From Paragordius varius (lineage: Eukaryota > Animalia > Nematomorpha): DNA of 64,000 bases. The stretch is from positions 3,038,001 to 3,102,000 of the forward strand of contig OZ176054.1 in assembly GCA_964247055.1 (NCBI GenBank). The letters are read 5' to 3'. Positions 63,259-64,000 of the stretch are shown piece by piece. The notes beneath the pieces are model-generated. The model was given only the letters and a program-made list of their open reading frames with translations. It ran no database searches and was not told the DNA's origin. Position 1 is the first letter of the stretch. Every line of letters begins with the position of its first letter. The position numbers and the translations under genes were made by a program.

Positions 63259-63763
63259 TAAGTTTCGATGTTTTTCAGAAAATCGATTTAGCTAATGATT
63301 GTTCAATAACGTTTAAAACGCTGCGCAAAAACGGAATGAAAGCGCGATTGTTACCCACACATTTCGTCATAATTAAAAAATTACTATTGACATTGGAGTT
63401 GACCTGTTGGGAAACATGCTTCAAATGGATCTTGGGAACTGTATTCTTTAAAAAAACCATATTTTTAAACCGAGCAAGGTAATAGTAAGGAATTAAATTA
63501 AGTCAGTCGCGCTAAAGGCATTTATAAATGAATAAAAAATCTGTAAAGTTTGGGGCCCACACGTTTTTCTAAAATTGCTCAAAACCATTGATTTATAAAT
63601 ATTTCTTGTATTTTAAATTCGTTAAAACTAATACTTCATTTAAAGAAATAAATGGTCAATAGAGATTTAATATAATATAATTATAATCATACATTTATTA
63701 AAGGCAGCCTTTAATCTACAATTTTATCGCTTCGTATGATTATAAGAATGTACAATAAACTTT

Positions 63764-63993
63764 ATGGCTGATTTAGTGACAAAATTTACTGAAGTTACGA
63801 ACTGTAAAGCCGAAACCGCTCTTTCATATCTATCAAAATACGAATGGGACTTTGAAGTTAATCGCTCTATCTATATCCAGGAAGCTTTAAGTCATTTTTT
63901 TGAGGATGGAGGTAATGAAAATTTGGATTTTAAATTAACTTCGCTTGAAAAAACAACAAAACCAGCTGCGAAAGAAGGACAATCTTCCTCTAA
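63764..63993 (+). CDS. NSFL1C: 5' part of a p47/NSFL1C-like UBX cofactor (N-terminal UBA-like domain); continues beyond the window
   Basis: MADLVTKFTEVTNCKAETALSYLSKYEWDFE|EALSHFFEDGGNE matches the UBA-like consensus (F..VT.....A...L....WD...AL..F). The following FFEDGG resembles p47 FYEDGG. Other UBA-like-domain proteins (TDP2, UBXN7, DCN1) are not fully excluded. Confidence 0.7.
63857..63880 (+). other. 24-nt GT-AG micro-intron (GTTAATCGCTCTATCTATATCCAG)
   Basis: Removal deletes an 8-aa insertion (VNRSIYIQ) from the WDxxxAL helix motif of the UBA-like domain. Confidence 0.8.
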
Positions 63994-64000
63994 GTACATA

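Noticed and set aside
4337-63880. Micro-introns as U12-type or tRNA-type introns
   Set aside because: None has the U12 donor RTATCCTT or a U12 branch site; all have GT-AG ends and no bulge-helix-bulge structure is evident.
63764-63993. TDP2 as the identity of the last gene
   Set aside because: The UBA-like domain is shared, but the following FFEDGG fits p47/NSFL1C better; it cannot be settled until downstream exons are seen.
1-64000. CRISPR arrays, rRNA, tRNA, prokaryotic operons, LTR/LINE retroelements
   Set aside because: No regularly spaced repeat-spacer units, cloverleafs, rRNA-like blocks or reverse-transcriptase motifs were seen; the gene structure is spliceosomal.

Overview
Very AT-rich animal (probably invertebrate) nuclear DNA with spliceosomal introns; no prokaryotic features, rRNA, tRNA or CRISPR were found. 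Splicing by hand gave six complete or near-complete genes and one partial gene: ATP synthase subunit e (4222-4532 +, missed by the ORF track), an SLC9B/NHA cation-proton antiporter (4583-12805 -), a five-finger C2H2 zinc-finger gene (18449-23766 +), splicing factor 1 (31434-38115 +), a large synaptopodin/myozenin-motif gene (39177-47569 -), a ZFAND4-like ubiquitin-like/AN1 gene (54975-59189 +) and the start of a p47/NSFL1C-like gene (63764 onward). Intergenic DNA and introns are full of DNA transposons: a piggyBac-type MITE family (5 copies), a hAT-Blackjack element with an 8-bp TSD, a Buster/Charlie-type hAT element, a Chapaev3-type element with about 530-bp TIRs, and smaller MITEs. Main observation: five genes carry seven GT-AG micro-introns of only 22-27 nt. 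Three of these (22, 22, 23 nt) are not multiples of 3 and must be removed to restore the reading frame, in two cases inside a recognisable conserved domain. They coexist in the same genes with ordinary 60-130 nt and kilobase introns. All protein identifications rest on remembered family motifs, not database searches, and the taxon cannot be fixed from sequence alone.
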